Assembly (NCBI GenBank): GCA_047495785.1
Contig: JBLDXI010000023.1
Location: 496,001 to 560,000, forward strand
Reading direction: 5' to 3'
Source of the DNA: Lepidodermella squamata
Taxonomy: Eukaryota > Animalia > Gastrotricha
DNA length: 64,000 nt
This document shows positions 23,549 to 37,334 of the stretch, one piece after another. The first letter of the stretch is position 1. Each line of letters begins with the position of its first letter. The notes beneath the pieces are model-generated. The model did no database searches, was not told the origin of the DNA, and saw only the letters and a program-made list of their open reading frames with translations. Position numbers and translations under genes: made by a program.

Positions 23549-26535
23549 TCGGGAATAACCGCACTATGTTAGATGCTTGACGTGTTCAAAGTTGAACTAG
23601 TTTGAAGTATTAAAGTATCAATAATGCAATTTTATTCTCTCAAAAGGATATGAAAATGGTTTTGAAATGAGAATTCTGGAATAAATGGAATTAGGTGAAT
23701 CGGAATTTGACTTGTTTGATTAGTTTATCCTGCCATGCGAAGAGCGTCTTGAAAAAGAGGTTGATATCGATTGCTGGATATTTCGTGTTAGGTGTAGACA
23801 CGCTTTGCAAATACTGTTGGATATGTAGAATTCACAGGGCTAGTCTCAGGCGGTCACGATGAAACCGTCTTCTGGGTGAATTTTTTCTATCTCTGATATT
23901 GCGGCGATATGTAAACGTGAGAATTGCCGATATCACGAACATTACGCTGGCTATTATCCCGCAGACACTCGCAATTATAAAGATCTATTTACATACACTT
24001 TAAACTTGAACGAATTCATCGAAGGTTCAAAAACTATACCGATAATCCGTGCGATTTTTTCGTAGTGGGATCCAAACTAGTGCGAAGGAAGACAATGACA
24101 GCTGATAACAAAGACACGGAGGCCAAAACATGGTAAAACACCTCCTGATCGGAAAAAATAGGTCGCATGAATGAACAAATATTCCGTTTATCTTACCGCT
24201 AGAAGAAATATCTGCGTCATTCTTTTATCTGCGCGTGCAAAGCGGCACAGGTGGAGTAAAAAAATGACGGAAGTAAAAACGGCCAAAACGAAGCTCAGTA
24301 ACAGAAACCAAAGCTGGAAAGAGCAATATTAATCTATTTAAAAATACATAAATTTTGCCTATGATTCTATAGTGCCAGCTCTACCTGTTTCCAGTTCTGC
24401 TTCCAAGCACCTTTGAACAACGAATCGAAGTCACCGCATATTACTGCAAGTAAAATGTGGAAGAATAAGGTTCGACATGGGGAACAATTGTTACCTGCAA
24501 TGGCGCATATCCCAATCTCAAGCACCTAAACAATAAATGGGCGCAGTCTGATATGTTATAGGCGTTAGAACCTTCAAACCAGAAATATTCCCCTTGGCCG
24601 AATAAAGAGAAGCCAATCGACGTTAACTCGCGTACAGCAACGCCTGGATGATTTCCTAAGCGGCGGTGGTTGCCGTGTGCCAGCGCTTGCGGATAATAGA
24701 ATCCGGGAAGGCGCTGCGATGCGGCTATTAATGCCCCCAGATGACGCAAAAGTCGGCGCTCCACCGTCAACGGAACTGGAGGCCGGTTCGTCTCCTAGTA
24801 CCTCATCGTCATACTCCTGTGTTGTGGCATCCACAATCCGCTGATTCTTCAAACCCCACGGATCATCACGTTTGACTCGCGCCAGCGATGCGTGAGCCCC
24901 AAATGGGGAATAGTGCACTAAAGAAACACGCCGTCCCTCATTTCCGCGTGGGAAAGCAGAAGAGCTTCTGTGCATCCTGGGAGACATATCAAGGCTTTCA
25001 TCGGAATCCATTTCAAACGTTCACGAAGCGTGTTTTTCTGTTAGACTGCAAACTGTGGATACTTATATTAGATTGCTTGGCAGCCGAGAAGTATAGACCA
25101 TGAGGCTACTCATTCACGGCTAACTACAGTAGTGATATGAATGACTTATCAGCCCTAATTATTTCCAGTAATACATGAACAGATAACAGTGACATGATTC
25201 AAATTAAGATTTATTAAGTTTGCCTGATAAACTGTCCCGAGATATAAAAAAGGTAATCTGCAACCTAATCAGAAACGACATCGGTTGACATCAAAATCTG
25301 CAGAGCTGTAAGGAAATTGTCTTTCAGAGCCCGGCCGGTTTCGTCTTGAACATAGGTCTTGCTGAGATCTGGGCTTGGTTATCAGCCTGAAGGTGATTTT
25401 AACCCCATATAACCTGAATGGCTTCCGTATATGTGTGTTATCCGGGTCATATCGTAAAATTTTCCGGGTTACTAGCTGGCTTAAAAATTCCTCCTTACAT
25501 AACTAGCCCAAGCATATAGGTTCGTGGACTAACATAAGTACGTCGATATTTCTTGTGTGCGACTCTGGTACAAGAGAAACTTGATCTTTAATTTTCAATT
25601 GAAAGGATGACAAAAGGTAAATCACAATAGTGAATAGTGCCATCCAATCTTACAATCGGACCGGTTTTCACGCATTTTCAGCAGTCATCGTTCAGATCGC
25701 AGTCATTTCAGCTCGATTATATAGCATACTGTAGCCTTTGTTTGCGGTCGATTGCTGATACAACAAGGCAACATCGAGCGAAATGGTGACCCACCAGTTC
25801 GCCATCGACAACAAATCGACATTTGTTGAGCAAATAAAGCAGAGGCGACAAGAGTACGGCGAAATGGGGTCTATTCTCTTTGAAAAAGAACCGTGTGAAC
25901 GGAAAATGATATACAAAATACAAAAGAGGTAGCAACGGCAAACCTTGCCGAAAGCCCGAAAGCCCTAAAGCTGCGACGTTTAAGGAAACGGGCATTTCTT
26001 ATCCTCTATCAATTGGGAACCGCTGCATTAAAAATGAACAACAATTCCGGCTCCGCGAGAATTTTACTGTATAGCCTGGCATCAATGTCTTTATTGAAAT
26101 TTACGGCGCATTATAGCTAGTCTACCCCACCTGATCGTATGACTGACACTAATACTTATTGGGAGGGTTGAAGCGAGATTTATTTAGTTAATCATCGGTT
26201 CCTACTTGTTTGACGCATTCTTCGAAAATGGAGGGCAATTCTTTGGGATATCAATTTTCAGTGCATAATTTCGTGAATTACCAGCGCCCAAAACTTCTCT
26301 TTTCGTGTTCGTATGCCATGTGCTTCTCCCATTTTGACCTTCATTGGGCCGAGATAAGGTCTTTGCAATAAAACTAACATAATAGATTTTCTTTCACTTA
26401 TCAATTACTGATAAGTGCATGGTATACTTTTGTCCGGATTCCACACCTTGTTTCCCACCATGATATGGTATTTAAGCTGCCAATTAGCGCCTGAAATTAA
26501 CGAGCCTTTTTCGCCTTTCAGTAATTCAAGAAATA

Positions 26536-27112
26536 ATGAAAGCTTTCATCGTTTTATCTACTTTGCTGGCCTGTGCCTTTGCTGCACCGGCTGAGAGGGG
26601 CGATAATGGTAGGCAGGAAAATCCAACTAGAATCGGTCTGATATTTTGTTTCAGATGTCTATTGCCCGGCTAACTTCACTGGAATCTATCAGAACGAGGC
26701 GCTGTGCTGCGATGGTAATGCCTACCCTGTTGGAAGTGGAAGTGTCGCTCAATGCTGTGGCAAGGCGCTTTTCAACCCTGCAAATCAAAAGTGCTGTGAC
26801 GGAGTTGTTCTACCAGCCACTACTGAGAAGCACTGCGTTCCAGGTGAAAAAAGTAAACCAATTAACTTATTAAGCCTCAGCTGATAAGATTATTTTTGTG
26901 CACCGCCAGACGTTTGCCTTAATTGGAATGGTGGTATCATGAATGGCGGTCCGTATGGTTTCACTATGTGCTGCGACGGCGGTAATTCGTTCCCTTGGAA
27001 ACGTTACACTCTTTACTGCTGCGGCTCAGCTTCGTACGACTCCATGTACCAAACCTGCTGCAAGAATGAGCAGATCATCCTAGGCTATGAGCAGTTCCCT
27101 GTGCAGTGCTAA
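26536..27112 (+). CDS. Small secreted dicysteine-repeat (galaxin-like) protein, 154 aa; exons 26536-26608, 26655-26843, 26910-27112
   Basis: Signal peptide MKAFIVLSTLLACAFA. Two phase-1 GT-AG introns. Exons 2 and 3 each encode C..CC..CC..CC..C (LCCDG/QCCGKALFNPANQKCCDG; MCCDG/YCCGSASYDSMYQTCCKN). Not in the ORF track. Confidence 0.88.
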
Positions 27113-28835
27113 ATTCTGCTATTACTAAACAGTTTCTTTCCGATTTCTGAACGATATGAATTTCGAATGGTGGAAGTAAAAGTTTGCATCACTTGAAAGT
27201 ATGCGTTTTCTCAGGATTTCATGGATTCGTCAAGCATGAACCTCTACTCCGACTATTAACCGCGCGCGATGCTGAACGCACATTATTTCTGAAGTTGTTC
27301 CAACTTCTGGTTGCTGACGGTAGTTGAAGACTGGAAGTGAGAAGAGAAGCCAGGTACATAGTTGAAGCCTGTTTCACCAGCTGATATTGGAGGGATCTAT
27401 TGTAGTTTTCGCGAATTATAGATTATAGCTAGCTCGAGTCGATCATTTGTCTGCTGGTCACTTGGTTCGTTGATCTGCTCAAACAGTGAATTGTGAATGG
27501 CACTTGAGGGTTGTCAACAGTTGAGTACTGGCTTCAATGATTCGTTTCACGGACGACATCCCCGATAAGTCATTTTCTGCCGGAGAATCGTTTGGAACGA
27601 ATAGCTCCATCGCATTTGAAAGTGTCGACCCATTTCTAGCGTACGATGAGAAACTGATATAAGATATGCGTGGATTATATGGTGAAAGTCGAAGCTCATC
27701 CATTGCGTTAAATCTGAACTTGATGTAGTACAAATTGTCACGAAGAAAAACTTGCCTGTGAGAAATTTCATCATGTGAAAAGTACGTGAAGTACGTGAAA
27801 AAAACTAAAGCAATTAGAGCTTGTAACTAATAGGGCATTTCTTCGCTAACAATACATTGATGGAGTGGCCGTGACATTTCGAGCGCAGGCATCAGGTGGA
27901 CGAGTATAACTGACTTACACAGCTAGTGGTAATTTGTTTATTTTTTTTAATCAAAATAATAATAAAAAATTAGATAAACGTGCTCAGAATATTCGGCGCC
28001 GCGATGCTATCGGACGTCGAATTTTTTGCTGGAAACAAAAGAAAAATATACACCGAGGTCATCATCTAGCAATACAATGCAATTCCTACGCTGTCACGTG
28101 GCAAAAAAGGTAAAAGCGGCATTTTTTTTTAAATTTACAGCATTCTTCTCTGGATATTTGAAAACATTGTTTGAATTAGCCGAAAATATATTAGCGCTCA
28201 TACATAATATACATTCATTCACGTTTCCACATGCAAGTTTCATATTTCGAAACATGAAATGCACAATTCTGCGTTTTTGAGTCCTCCACCGTTGATACCA
28301 ACAGATTATCTTCATTAGCGCATTTGGTGTCAATTAAACAGAATCCTGTTTAAATAATTTCTATCACCTGATCAATGTCATTCAGAATCAATATGGTTAC
28401 ATTTTTCAAGTTTTAAAAAGTCAGCGAATAAATTGTGGACAAAACTGCCCAAATAATCTTTTTTTTACTTTCTCTTGCACTGCTTTTCTAGACTTTCTCG
28501 ATGAAATGCGATCAATTTTCGTGCTAACAATTTGCTTGATCGCTGCAGCTGCTGAGATACATTTCAACAACGTAAGAAGTCTTTTTACACGCAAAAGTTT
28601 CACTGAAATTTATTTTCGCAGGCGTTCAATCGAGCCGTTGGTAATAGTCAGCTGTCGACAGTTCGACACATGCTAGCAAGTGGCGTGGTCAATGCGAATG
28701 CGAGTTCCGAGACCCGTGACGGAGTTGTTGCTCCGGCGCTCTACCACGCTATTGCGGTAAATACATAGTAGTTACATAGAAGTAACTTTAGACATAGCCA
28801 AGGTATTTGAAGGTTGAGAATATGCGAATCGCCGT

Positions 28836-29218
28836 CTTGCACTTCGTTATTTAAGTAACAAGCTCAGCTTATAGTCAGCTCAGCTAAGCCATGAACAAAC
28901 TCAGCCAAGCCAGCTCAGCTTAATAGATAACCAGCTCAGCTCAGCTTGTCCGTTCAGCTTGCGGCACTATTAAGCTAAGCTGACAAGCTGAACTTACGAT
29001 CAAAGACAAACCAGCTCAGCGTACAAGCTCAGTGTGTTAAACTACACCAACATTCTCGTACTCAATATTCTACCACGCTCAGCTTGCTTGATAAGTTTAG
29101 TTGGCTTCGGCTTTAATAAGCTGAGCTTGTACGCTAAGCTAAGGTCTGAATACGCTGAGCGTACCGTAAGCTGAGCTGACTCTAAGCTGAGCTTGATACT
29201 TGAATAACGAAGTCCAAG
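28836..29218. mobile_element. MITE-like palindromic element with AGCTCAGCT subrepeats (A3 intron 2)
   Basis: ~50-bp TIR cttgcacttcgttatttaagtaacaagctcagctta / taagctgagcttgatacttgaataacgaagtccaag. Confidence 0.8.
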
Positions 29219-29302
29219 GGGGCTGTATTAGCGTGTTTTCATTAAACAATTGGCATGTGCATTAGCCTCGTGAGCTTCAGATATTGCCATGAAGTATTGG
29301 TC

Positions 29303-29456
29303 CAGAGAGCGAAGTACCGCTAGGGATGGTAGGGATCATTCCTACCAGTTCCATCGGTCTGTACCGTGAACTCATCGTAAGACCAAAGGGGGACCCTTAT
29401 GTCTTATGTCGATTTATGTGATCCCTACCAGATCCGCGGTCCTACTTCGTTCAATG
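29303..29456. mobile_element. Diverged hAT-type MITE, 154 bp
   Basis: Ends cagagagcgaagta / tacttcgttcaatg, flanked by an ATTGGTC duplication. Internal caaagggggaccctt. Confidence 0.6.
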
Positions 29457-32400
29457 ATTGGTCAAACTCTGGGAAAAATTAACCATAGCTTATATGTATA
29501 TTTATTTATTATTTTTTATTTCGAAGCTGTAACGCCCAAGAGAGGGCAGCTTGATTGCGAGATGAATAAGAGGTCAAAGATGAAAATTTCATAGTCATTT
29601 TGCAAAATTATGCCAAATACGTAACACCTGAATTATATTGATTTTTGCCAAGTGCCAAGAGATTATCTAATCATTTGCCTTGCAAATCAGGATAACAACT
29701 ACGACATGGTGCTTCTTCTGCTCGAAAGCGGTGCTGATGCTGAGGCAACAAACAAAGAGTATGGAAACTACATTCTATTGGCGGCATCCCTCGGCAGCCT
29801 TGATATTGTTCGATTATTGGCTGAAAGATACAACGCCGATATGGAAGCTACGGACCTGAACGGAAACACCGCCCTAATGTCTGTCCTTCCGAACTATATT
29901 GATCGAAGAATGCTTCCGTCGTACCTTGCACTCGCTTACTATCTTCCAGCTGAATCGCCTGATTTGCGAAATTCGAAGGGCCAAAGTGCTCTGCATCTAG
30001 CTTGCAACATTTACTCGACTGATTCATTGCCGTTCGTTCGAAATATTGTTGAAACCCGCGAAAGTGACGTCAATGCTGTGGACAACAACGGCGATACACC
30101 GCTACTGATTGCAGCAAGGGCCAGTCAATCGCTCAATGTTGTTCGCTATCTAGTTGAGAAAGGAGCTGATATCAAGGCAAGAAATAAAGCCGGTGAAAAT
30201 TTGCTGCTGAGTGCGTGCAAAATTAGAAACAAACGCGCTGCATTAGACTTCATCAAATTTGCCGTTGAAGTCGGCCGAAATGATATAAATTCTGACGTGG
30301 CTGGGCAGAGATGTGACTCTTTGTTTCGCAACACTGAGCGCTTTAGCGTTTACACTGATAATCGCTATTGGATTCAAGTCCTGAAGTACCTTGTTGGTAA
30401 AGGATTCAATCTGAACCCACTTCATGTGAATACCCCGCTTATGGTTGCCGCTATGGCGTCTCGATCGCTGTCCTATTTGGAGGCCGTGCTTGATATGAGG
30501 GGTGATGTCAACGTGACCAATAGTGAAGGGAAAACCGCCATGGATTTCGCGCAAGATCAAGGCAGCAAGGCGGCTCTTTTGAGGCGCAAAGCTGTATCCG
30601 GTCGAGATTTGACTAGTGTATCTACCTTTACTCCGCTCGGGCGAACTACCAAACCAAAGATGACAACAAGAACAGCGACAACAACCACGACAACTAAACC
30701 TGCTACTACAACTACGGCTACTACTACCACAGCTGCAGTTAGAAAAACGGACAGGCAACAACGAAACCGAGACTTCTTGCCTGGTAATTTACTCGAAGAA
30801 ATGCTGCCTGTCATGGATGGCCCGCCGATGAAAACCAGGAATTTATGGGCAATTGGTAACCTGACTGGTAAGGTCGAACTCAACCTAACGGACTACCAAC
30901 TAACTCAAGAACAAGCTGCCTTGGATGAGGTAAGATTCAGTGAAATTTCACAAATTCTCAAATAGTTGAAAAACTTGAAAACTTGTCTTCGAACCTTGGC
31001 AACTCCATCAAACACGTTGCAATAGGAAGCATTTTAATTGAAATTATAATACTAATTCGATTCATGTTTTTTTTGAAATCGTAATAGAAATCGATTGAAA
31101 ACTATGAATTTTTCGGAAAAAGCAAGATCTTCAACTGTGGGGGTGGGTAAGAATTTCTCTTTGCCTGCCTTCGCCCTCTTCAAAACCGGAAACGGTAAAT
31201 GACGCTCAGTCTAGAAGAGGTTTAAATAAAACTATTATTATAACTATTATTATTATCGTAATAGAAACTCGTCGAGCTTGTGACTGCTGGTGACATTGAA
31301 GCTGTACGTTCGATGCTTGAGCAAAAGCAAGCTCAGGGCAATGCTATCCTATTCACAACTGAAGGCGTCGCCACCCCAGCTGTGGCAGCTGCTTTCAGCT
31401 CAAAAAATCCTTCGCTCGAAATGGTCGAGCTGCTCCTCGAACACCACGGGGATGCGAATGCTGTTATTGCCGAAAAGCGTCTTAGAAGCGTTCTAATGAT
31501 AGCAGCTGCTCAGGGAAACCTCGATATGGTCAAACTTCTCGTGAAATATGGCGCCGAGGTAGACATGGAAGTTGCCGTTAATACGCCGATGACAGCTCTA
31601 CTTGAAGCTGCACGAGCTAGGCAATTAGAAGTTGTCAAGTATCTCGTGGCGCAGGGAGCTTCAAAGTTCAAAGATCGATTGATCCTTGAATTCGACCGAA
31701 GAAACGAATCTCCAGCCTTACCGTTCATCAAATACGCCGTTGAGGACGCTGGGAACTCGGTGAATGCTACGAATTATGAAGGCGAAACTCCATTCGTACT
31801 AGCAGCTTCGGTTCTGAATAATGCTCCTGATCAGTTGGAGGTCCTAGAGTATTTGCTTGCCAATGGAGCCGATGCTAACAGCGTTATAATGGACTATAAT
31901 GAAAAATCGTATACAAACAAATACATTCGGCTGTTAGGAGCGGAAATCAAAACAAAACTCGAATCTTGATCGAAGTCGCCAAGGTCGATCTGGAAGCACG
32001 GGATAGCGATAATCTAACAGCGCTGTTGCTCGCTGCAAAAAATGGCCTTGTTGAAAGCGTTGAGATACTTCTGGCTGCCAACGCCAGTAGCTCGGCTGTT
32101 GACAGCGATGGAAACACGCCTTTCCTGCGGCTTTGTGCTAGCGAAAATGCACGGGGATCGCTGATCAAGCGTTTTGTCGAAATCAGCGAGCCGGACGTCA
32201 ATGCCCAGAATTACAAAAATGAGACCTGCTTGGCTCTACTCAGTAGTCGGCCGGAAAGTTTCGGTGACTTGCCTAGCTATTTGGTCAGTCGCGGGTATGA
32301 CATCAACAGGAAATTGCGCCGAGGAGACACTGCTCTTAACTTGTACATAATTAATGACGGCCGTTCAGCGATTGAGGCTTTCCGAGATGCTGGGGCTGAT

Positions 32401-33402
32401 TTGACGCTGAAAAATAATGACGGACTCAATGCTGTGGATGTAGCGAAACTTTACGGGAAAGTTGGAGCTGGCTGGGAGTTGATGCCCCGAAATCCGGCTA
32501 CATGAAGGGCGTCATTCCAGGAAAAATGAATTTTGTAAAAAATACCTTCATTTTATTAGTTTTATATCTTTAAAAATACCAAAGCACCACTTGCCCACTT
32601 GCCCGATGTTCGAATTTTTCCCGGTTGTACGAGAGAATAAAGCGTTATCTTTGATCCTTTACTCTTTGTCACCATGGAATCATCCCGGGCAGAAGACAAT
32701 TAATTTATTCTCGGAGAATTTATTCAATAAAGGATTATTTAGAAAAGTTCATATAATCCTGCAATTTTCGATTCTAGCTGAACCAGCTGAACTAGCTGTC
32801 ATTTTAGCGAAAACATAATTGGGATCTCTTAAGAATAGATTCGGTTGTGTTTCACTTCTGGGTGATTACGAGCGCGCGCGGCTCCGCCAATGCGACCGCG
32901 AACCTGAACAAATATCTAAAAAATGAATCCAGCAATACCTTGAACAGAAAATCAATGGCGCAAATTCATTTTTCGTATCATATTGGAAAGATAACAGCAC
33001 TTGTTGGGGATTCGCTTAAATGTTTCAAGTTTCAAATGTCTTCAAATAGTGTTCAAATAATGATTGATATCCAAAAACTACTGCTGCATTCCATAGCTTG
33101 ATTTACAGCCAGATATTTTATAAATCGTCAGTAAAAAAACGTGAACATAACGAATGCGTATGAACATAAAAACGTGATGACACCTTGATCACGATATACT
33201 GCCAAGCTAAAAAATTTATATTACAGAAACATTCCTCTATAAGAGAAGATGAACTTGCCGAATCTCCAACCACGAACGACAACGCCGTCCATATGATGGC
33301 TTTAGCACGCCTGGTAAAAACATTTGACGCCGGTGGTATTTCATGAATTTTAGCACTTGAATTCTCTCTTCATTGGAAATTCCTTTCGTTTTTAAAAGAC
33401 AA

Positions 33403-36400
33403 ATGACATCGATTTATTTACTGTTTTTTGGAATAAGCTTTACAGGAGCGGCCTTGCTGGCTGACTATGACAGCGTGAGACATTTATAATAGTTAAAACT
33501 CCGGCGTCAACCGCTGCTTTTTCAGGCTTTCAACAGAGCAATTGCATCCGGTCAATTTTCGACGGTTCAGCAGATGTTAAATTCCGGCCTTGTTGACGCA
33601 AATTCGTGGTCCTTGTATCGAAATCAAAACGGAGCGCCCGCTGTCGCGAATGCTGTTCGAACAAATCAGAGCTACGAAATGGTTGAATTTCTACTGAAAA
33701 ATGGGGCAAATGTTGAGGGTACGATTCGTGGTGGCTACGATGAGAAAACCCCATTTCTGTGGGCTGCAAGAGTAGGCAGGCTGGATCTAGCGAGACTCAT
33801 TGTTGAAAAATACAATGCTAAAACCGATGTTCGAGATAGGAATAATCAAACGGCGTTGATGGTTGCCTTTGACGGCCCAATCACCCTCGGCCACCTACGA
33901 CTAGCTTACTACTTGTTACCATTCGAATCGCCTAATTCTAGAGATTACCGCAGGCAAAGTGCCCTTCATAAACTTTGCGCAGCCACAACAGCTTATCCAA
34001 TAGCTTTTGCGAAATTGCTGGTTGAAGAGTTTGAAATGGATGTGAATGCGAGAGATTTCAGTGGCAACACGCCTCTGCTAGTCGCGGCTAGAGCTGGCTA
34101 TTCCGTTGCCTTACTTCAGTACTTGATCGACCACGGAGCCGATCCACAGGCGAGGAATAACCAAGGCGATGATATCTTGCTTCAAGCTTGTCAAATAGAC
34201 CAAACTGAGTTAGGCCACTTAGCATTTATCAAGTTTGCTATTGAAGTGGGCGGAAATGACGTAAATTCGAAGGCGAGACTAGCTGCCTGCTTCTATCGCC
34301 TTCAGAATCGTCGTGACAACCGGATTGACGATTGGGATCTCGTCCAAATTTTGCAATACTTGGCTAGCAAAGGGTATGATCCAAACGTCAACGACGGATA
34401 TTCAGGCTCGTCTGCTCTTATAACCGCAGCGGCAGCTTCAAATGATCAAATTCACACTCTGGAGGCTTTGCTTGATCTTGGTGCTGATATGAATGCGACG
34501 AATGGCTGGGGCTACACTGCTCTGGACATGGCAAGAAACAAAATTAGCAGTGGTAATTTGAAAAGACGAGGTGCTCCTTATGGCAGGGAGTTGGTCACGG
34601 GATCATCGACCAGCCGCGCAACTACGACATCGACAAGTTCATTTGCATTTTGGACTACAAAGGCACCTGTCACTTCTTCCAATATTCGGCAAATGACGCC
34701 TGGCGATGACGCAATTGATGCTGGTCTGGAATCCATTGTAGGAGCTGATATTTTCAAGACAAGATCAACTGTGGCGATGAAGTCAACGACTACACGATCC
34801 ATCGCGAGAGCAGTGAGAAGCGAACCGCAAAATGAGCTTTACTCGGTACGTTGTTCGTTGTTTTCCTGGTTCGAGGTTATAAGTATCACGCGTTTTAAAA
34901 TTTCGGGGGTGTCTCGGGTCTCGGGACTAATAGACTGTCCATCGAACACTAGGATGAACGGGTTCTGGGTGCTGAACAATTTGCCCTTTCTCGAGCAACA
35001 AAAGGACGCTCACATTGATCGATAGTGAATAGACATAAAATGGCCAATATTGGGAAGATTTAGCTAAAGATTGAAGTGGCTTGGTGATGGTATAACTCAC
35101 CGATCCGTCAAAACAATAGCAGCCTGATTTCAAACTGTTTTTCTTTGTATTTCCGACAGAGATTTGTTGGCTACATCAAGGCAGGGAACGTCACTGCTGT
35201 TCGCGAAATGATTCGGCTCAATCAATCACGAGGGGACGCGCTTTTTATTGAACACCGCAATGAACAAGTGAATTGCCAGTATTTTCAATACGATCAAGCT
35301 ATTCCAGCAGTGGCGGCTGCATTGAGCGTGAAAAACACTTCGTCAGAAATGCTCCAATTTCTACTCGAAAACGATGGTGATGCAAATGCGATTCATCCAG
35401 AGTTGAAGAAATCTGTTCTGATGCTTGCTGTAGAGCAAAATCGCCTTGATCTGATTAATTTGCTCGTTCAATACGGAGTGGATGTTGATTCGGAAGTGAA
35501 CGGAAGAACGGCGCTACGCGACGCTGCCTCAAAGAATCTTGAAATTGTTAAATTCCTCATTTCGCAAGGAGCGTCTAAAAACTTGGATCAAATCATATTT
35601 GAGGCTTGTCAAATCTTCTCAATTCCTGCGCTGCCCCTGGTTAAATTTGCTATTGAAGAGGCCGGAAATTCTGTTTCCGACACGGATATACTTGGCAGGA
35701 CTCCATTGGCTGTCGCTGCCATGTACTTGAAATCACCAGATCGCGTCAAGGTCTACGAATATCTGCTATCAAAAGGAGCCGACGTTACAACCAAGATAAA
35801 TTCCATCTGGTACAGATACCATAATTATACATTGCTACATCTGGCAGCGCGTGTAAATGACTCCGGCCTGGCAAGATTACTGATCCAAACTTCTGCAATC
35901 GGCCTCGACGACCGAGAATCAGCTGGCCAAACTGCGCTAATGATCGCAGCTAGTAACAACGCGCAAAAGATTGTCAAACAGCTCGCTGATGCGGGCGCTG
36001 ATGTAACGGCAACTGATAAATATGGAAATAACGCCTTATTGTTTACTTGCAAAAACGACGTCATGTCTCTTACACGAACAAGACGATTCGCCAACCTCGC
36101 TGGTGTTGACGTAAATTCAAAGAACAAAAACAATGACACGTGTCTTACTCTAATTCCGAATAACTTCGAGTTCAACGGCTTTGCAAAGTTTCTTGTCCAG
36201 AAAGGCTATGACATCAACCGGAAACTGCGAAAAGGGGATACTGTGTTGCACGTCATCGCAACTCAAGGGACTGCGAACAATGTTCGAGAGTTGATTGAAG
36301 CGGGATCTGATGTTCGTGCACGAAATGACGATGGCCAAACTCCACTTGATTTGGCATTGCTTTACGGAAATTCGCGAGTTGTTGACATCCTTAGAGCTGC

Positions 36401-36542
36401 TAAAACTGATGAACACGTTGAGGAAGTCGGTGATGAAGATGGTGCAGATGATGAGTACCACAAGGACAACGCACGTGAGGAGTATACTGCAGCCCTGTCC
36501 AATTTTGTTCGGATTCCTCAATGCAAACTCGAAGGCGCTTGA
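33403..36542 (+). CDS. Secreted two-block ankyrin-repeat protein A4, ~924 aa, intact; exons 33403-33474, 33526-34845, 35160-36542
   Basis: Signal peptide MTSIYLLFFGISFTGA. Phase-0 GT-AG introns and a continuous ORF. About 20 ANK repeats, S/T linker, acidic tail. Confidence 0.92.
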
Positions 36543-37334
36543 GAATAGAAATGCTGTTTTCTGACATTGGCTACTTTGATTATCTTTGCATGGTTACGTT
36601 TTTGCTCCTTGAAGATTCGTCAGAGCTGTTCCATAGTTCCATTCTTTATTTTACGCATTGTCGACGAATAATAGAATACAATAGACGTAAACAATTCAGT
36701 TAAAGCATCAGTGATCTTTCATTCTAGCATTCTACTTCGGTTTAGCAGGATCAAAGTGCGCGTGCCCTCTTGTACTAAGAAATTGCTAGATTTCGAGGAG
36801 GTGATGGTTTCTTCGTTACTTCGTCATTTCGTCAGTTCGTCACTCAGTCACATCAAAAACTTACAGCCTTTGCAAACAGTTTGAGAAAAAGTTTGGATCT
36901 AAAATCAGAGGAGAATATTTGATCCTTTTATCAGCGATTTTACCCAATAAATTAAAAAGTTTACCGGAAAGAATAATGATTTTGTGTGTCTCCCTAGCTT
37001 TAATTTCGTGGAACATAACGACGAAAATTGATATTCAGGTAGCTTAAGTCGATACAAGCCCAGCCTAATCATGATTTTATCATGAAAAATAACGATGACA
37101 TTACTCCTTTTGTTCCACCTGTCATTCGTCGAATCAGCTGCTTCGAAGGGTTTGCTCTGAAGACCCATGACGGTACAATGAAGTAATAATTTCAGGCAGG
37201 CGGAAACTTCAACAAATCGGCCTGACATTAATCCGTCATTGAGCTGGATGCACTGACTGAAATTGGAGCACATTCATTGAAGCACACAAAAGCATCACTG
37301 AGTTGAAAAGATGCAGGAAAAACGTTGCTCAGGG

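Larger units (their letters stand above)
28506..32505 (+). pseudogene. Secreted ankyrin gene A3 (subfamily I) with a frameshift near 31921; exons 28506-28571, 28622-28756, 29691-30929, 31265-32505
   Basis: Signal exon MRSIFVLTICLIAAAAEIHFNN|gt and phase-0 introns. aacaaa-tacattcg lacks ~7 nt relative to A1 (aacaaaaccttacttcac, NKTLLH). As assembled, it stops at 31969. Confidence 0.82.

Noticed and set aside
24441-25011. 145-aa minus ORF MDSDESLDMSPR...
   Set aside because: Plausible composition but no domain, paralog or exon support, so left uncalled.
27330-27774. Minus-strand ORFs faintly resembling the 56308 exon
   Set aside because: Similarity too weak to judge by eye, and the frames are broken.
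28860-29200. CRISPR-like short repeats (AGCTCAGCT; also ggctattcgaacac and the 15-mer at 58030)
   Set aside because: No constant repeat-spacer period. They are TIR subrepeats or a minisatellite, and no cas genes are present.
33403-36542. Latrotoxin-like toxin
   Set aside because: ANK repeats start right after the signal peptide, with no large N-terminal pore-forming domain.
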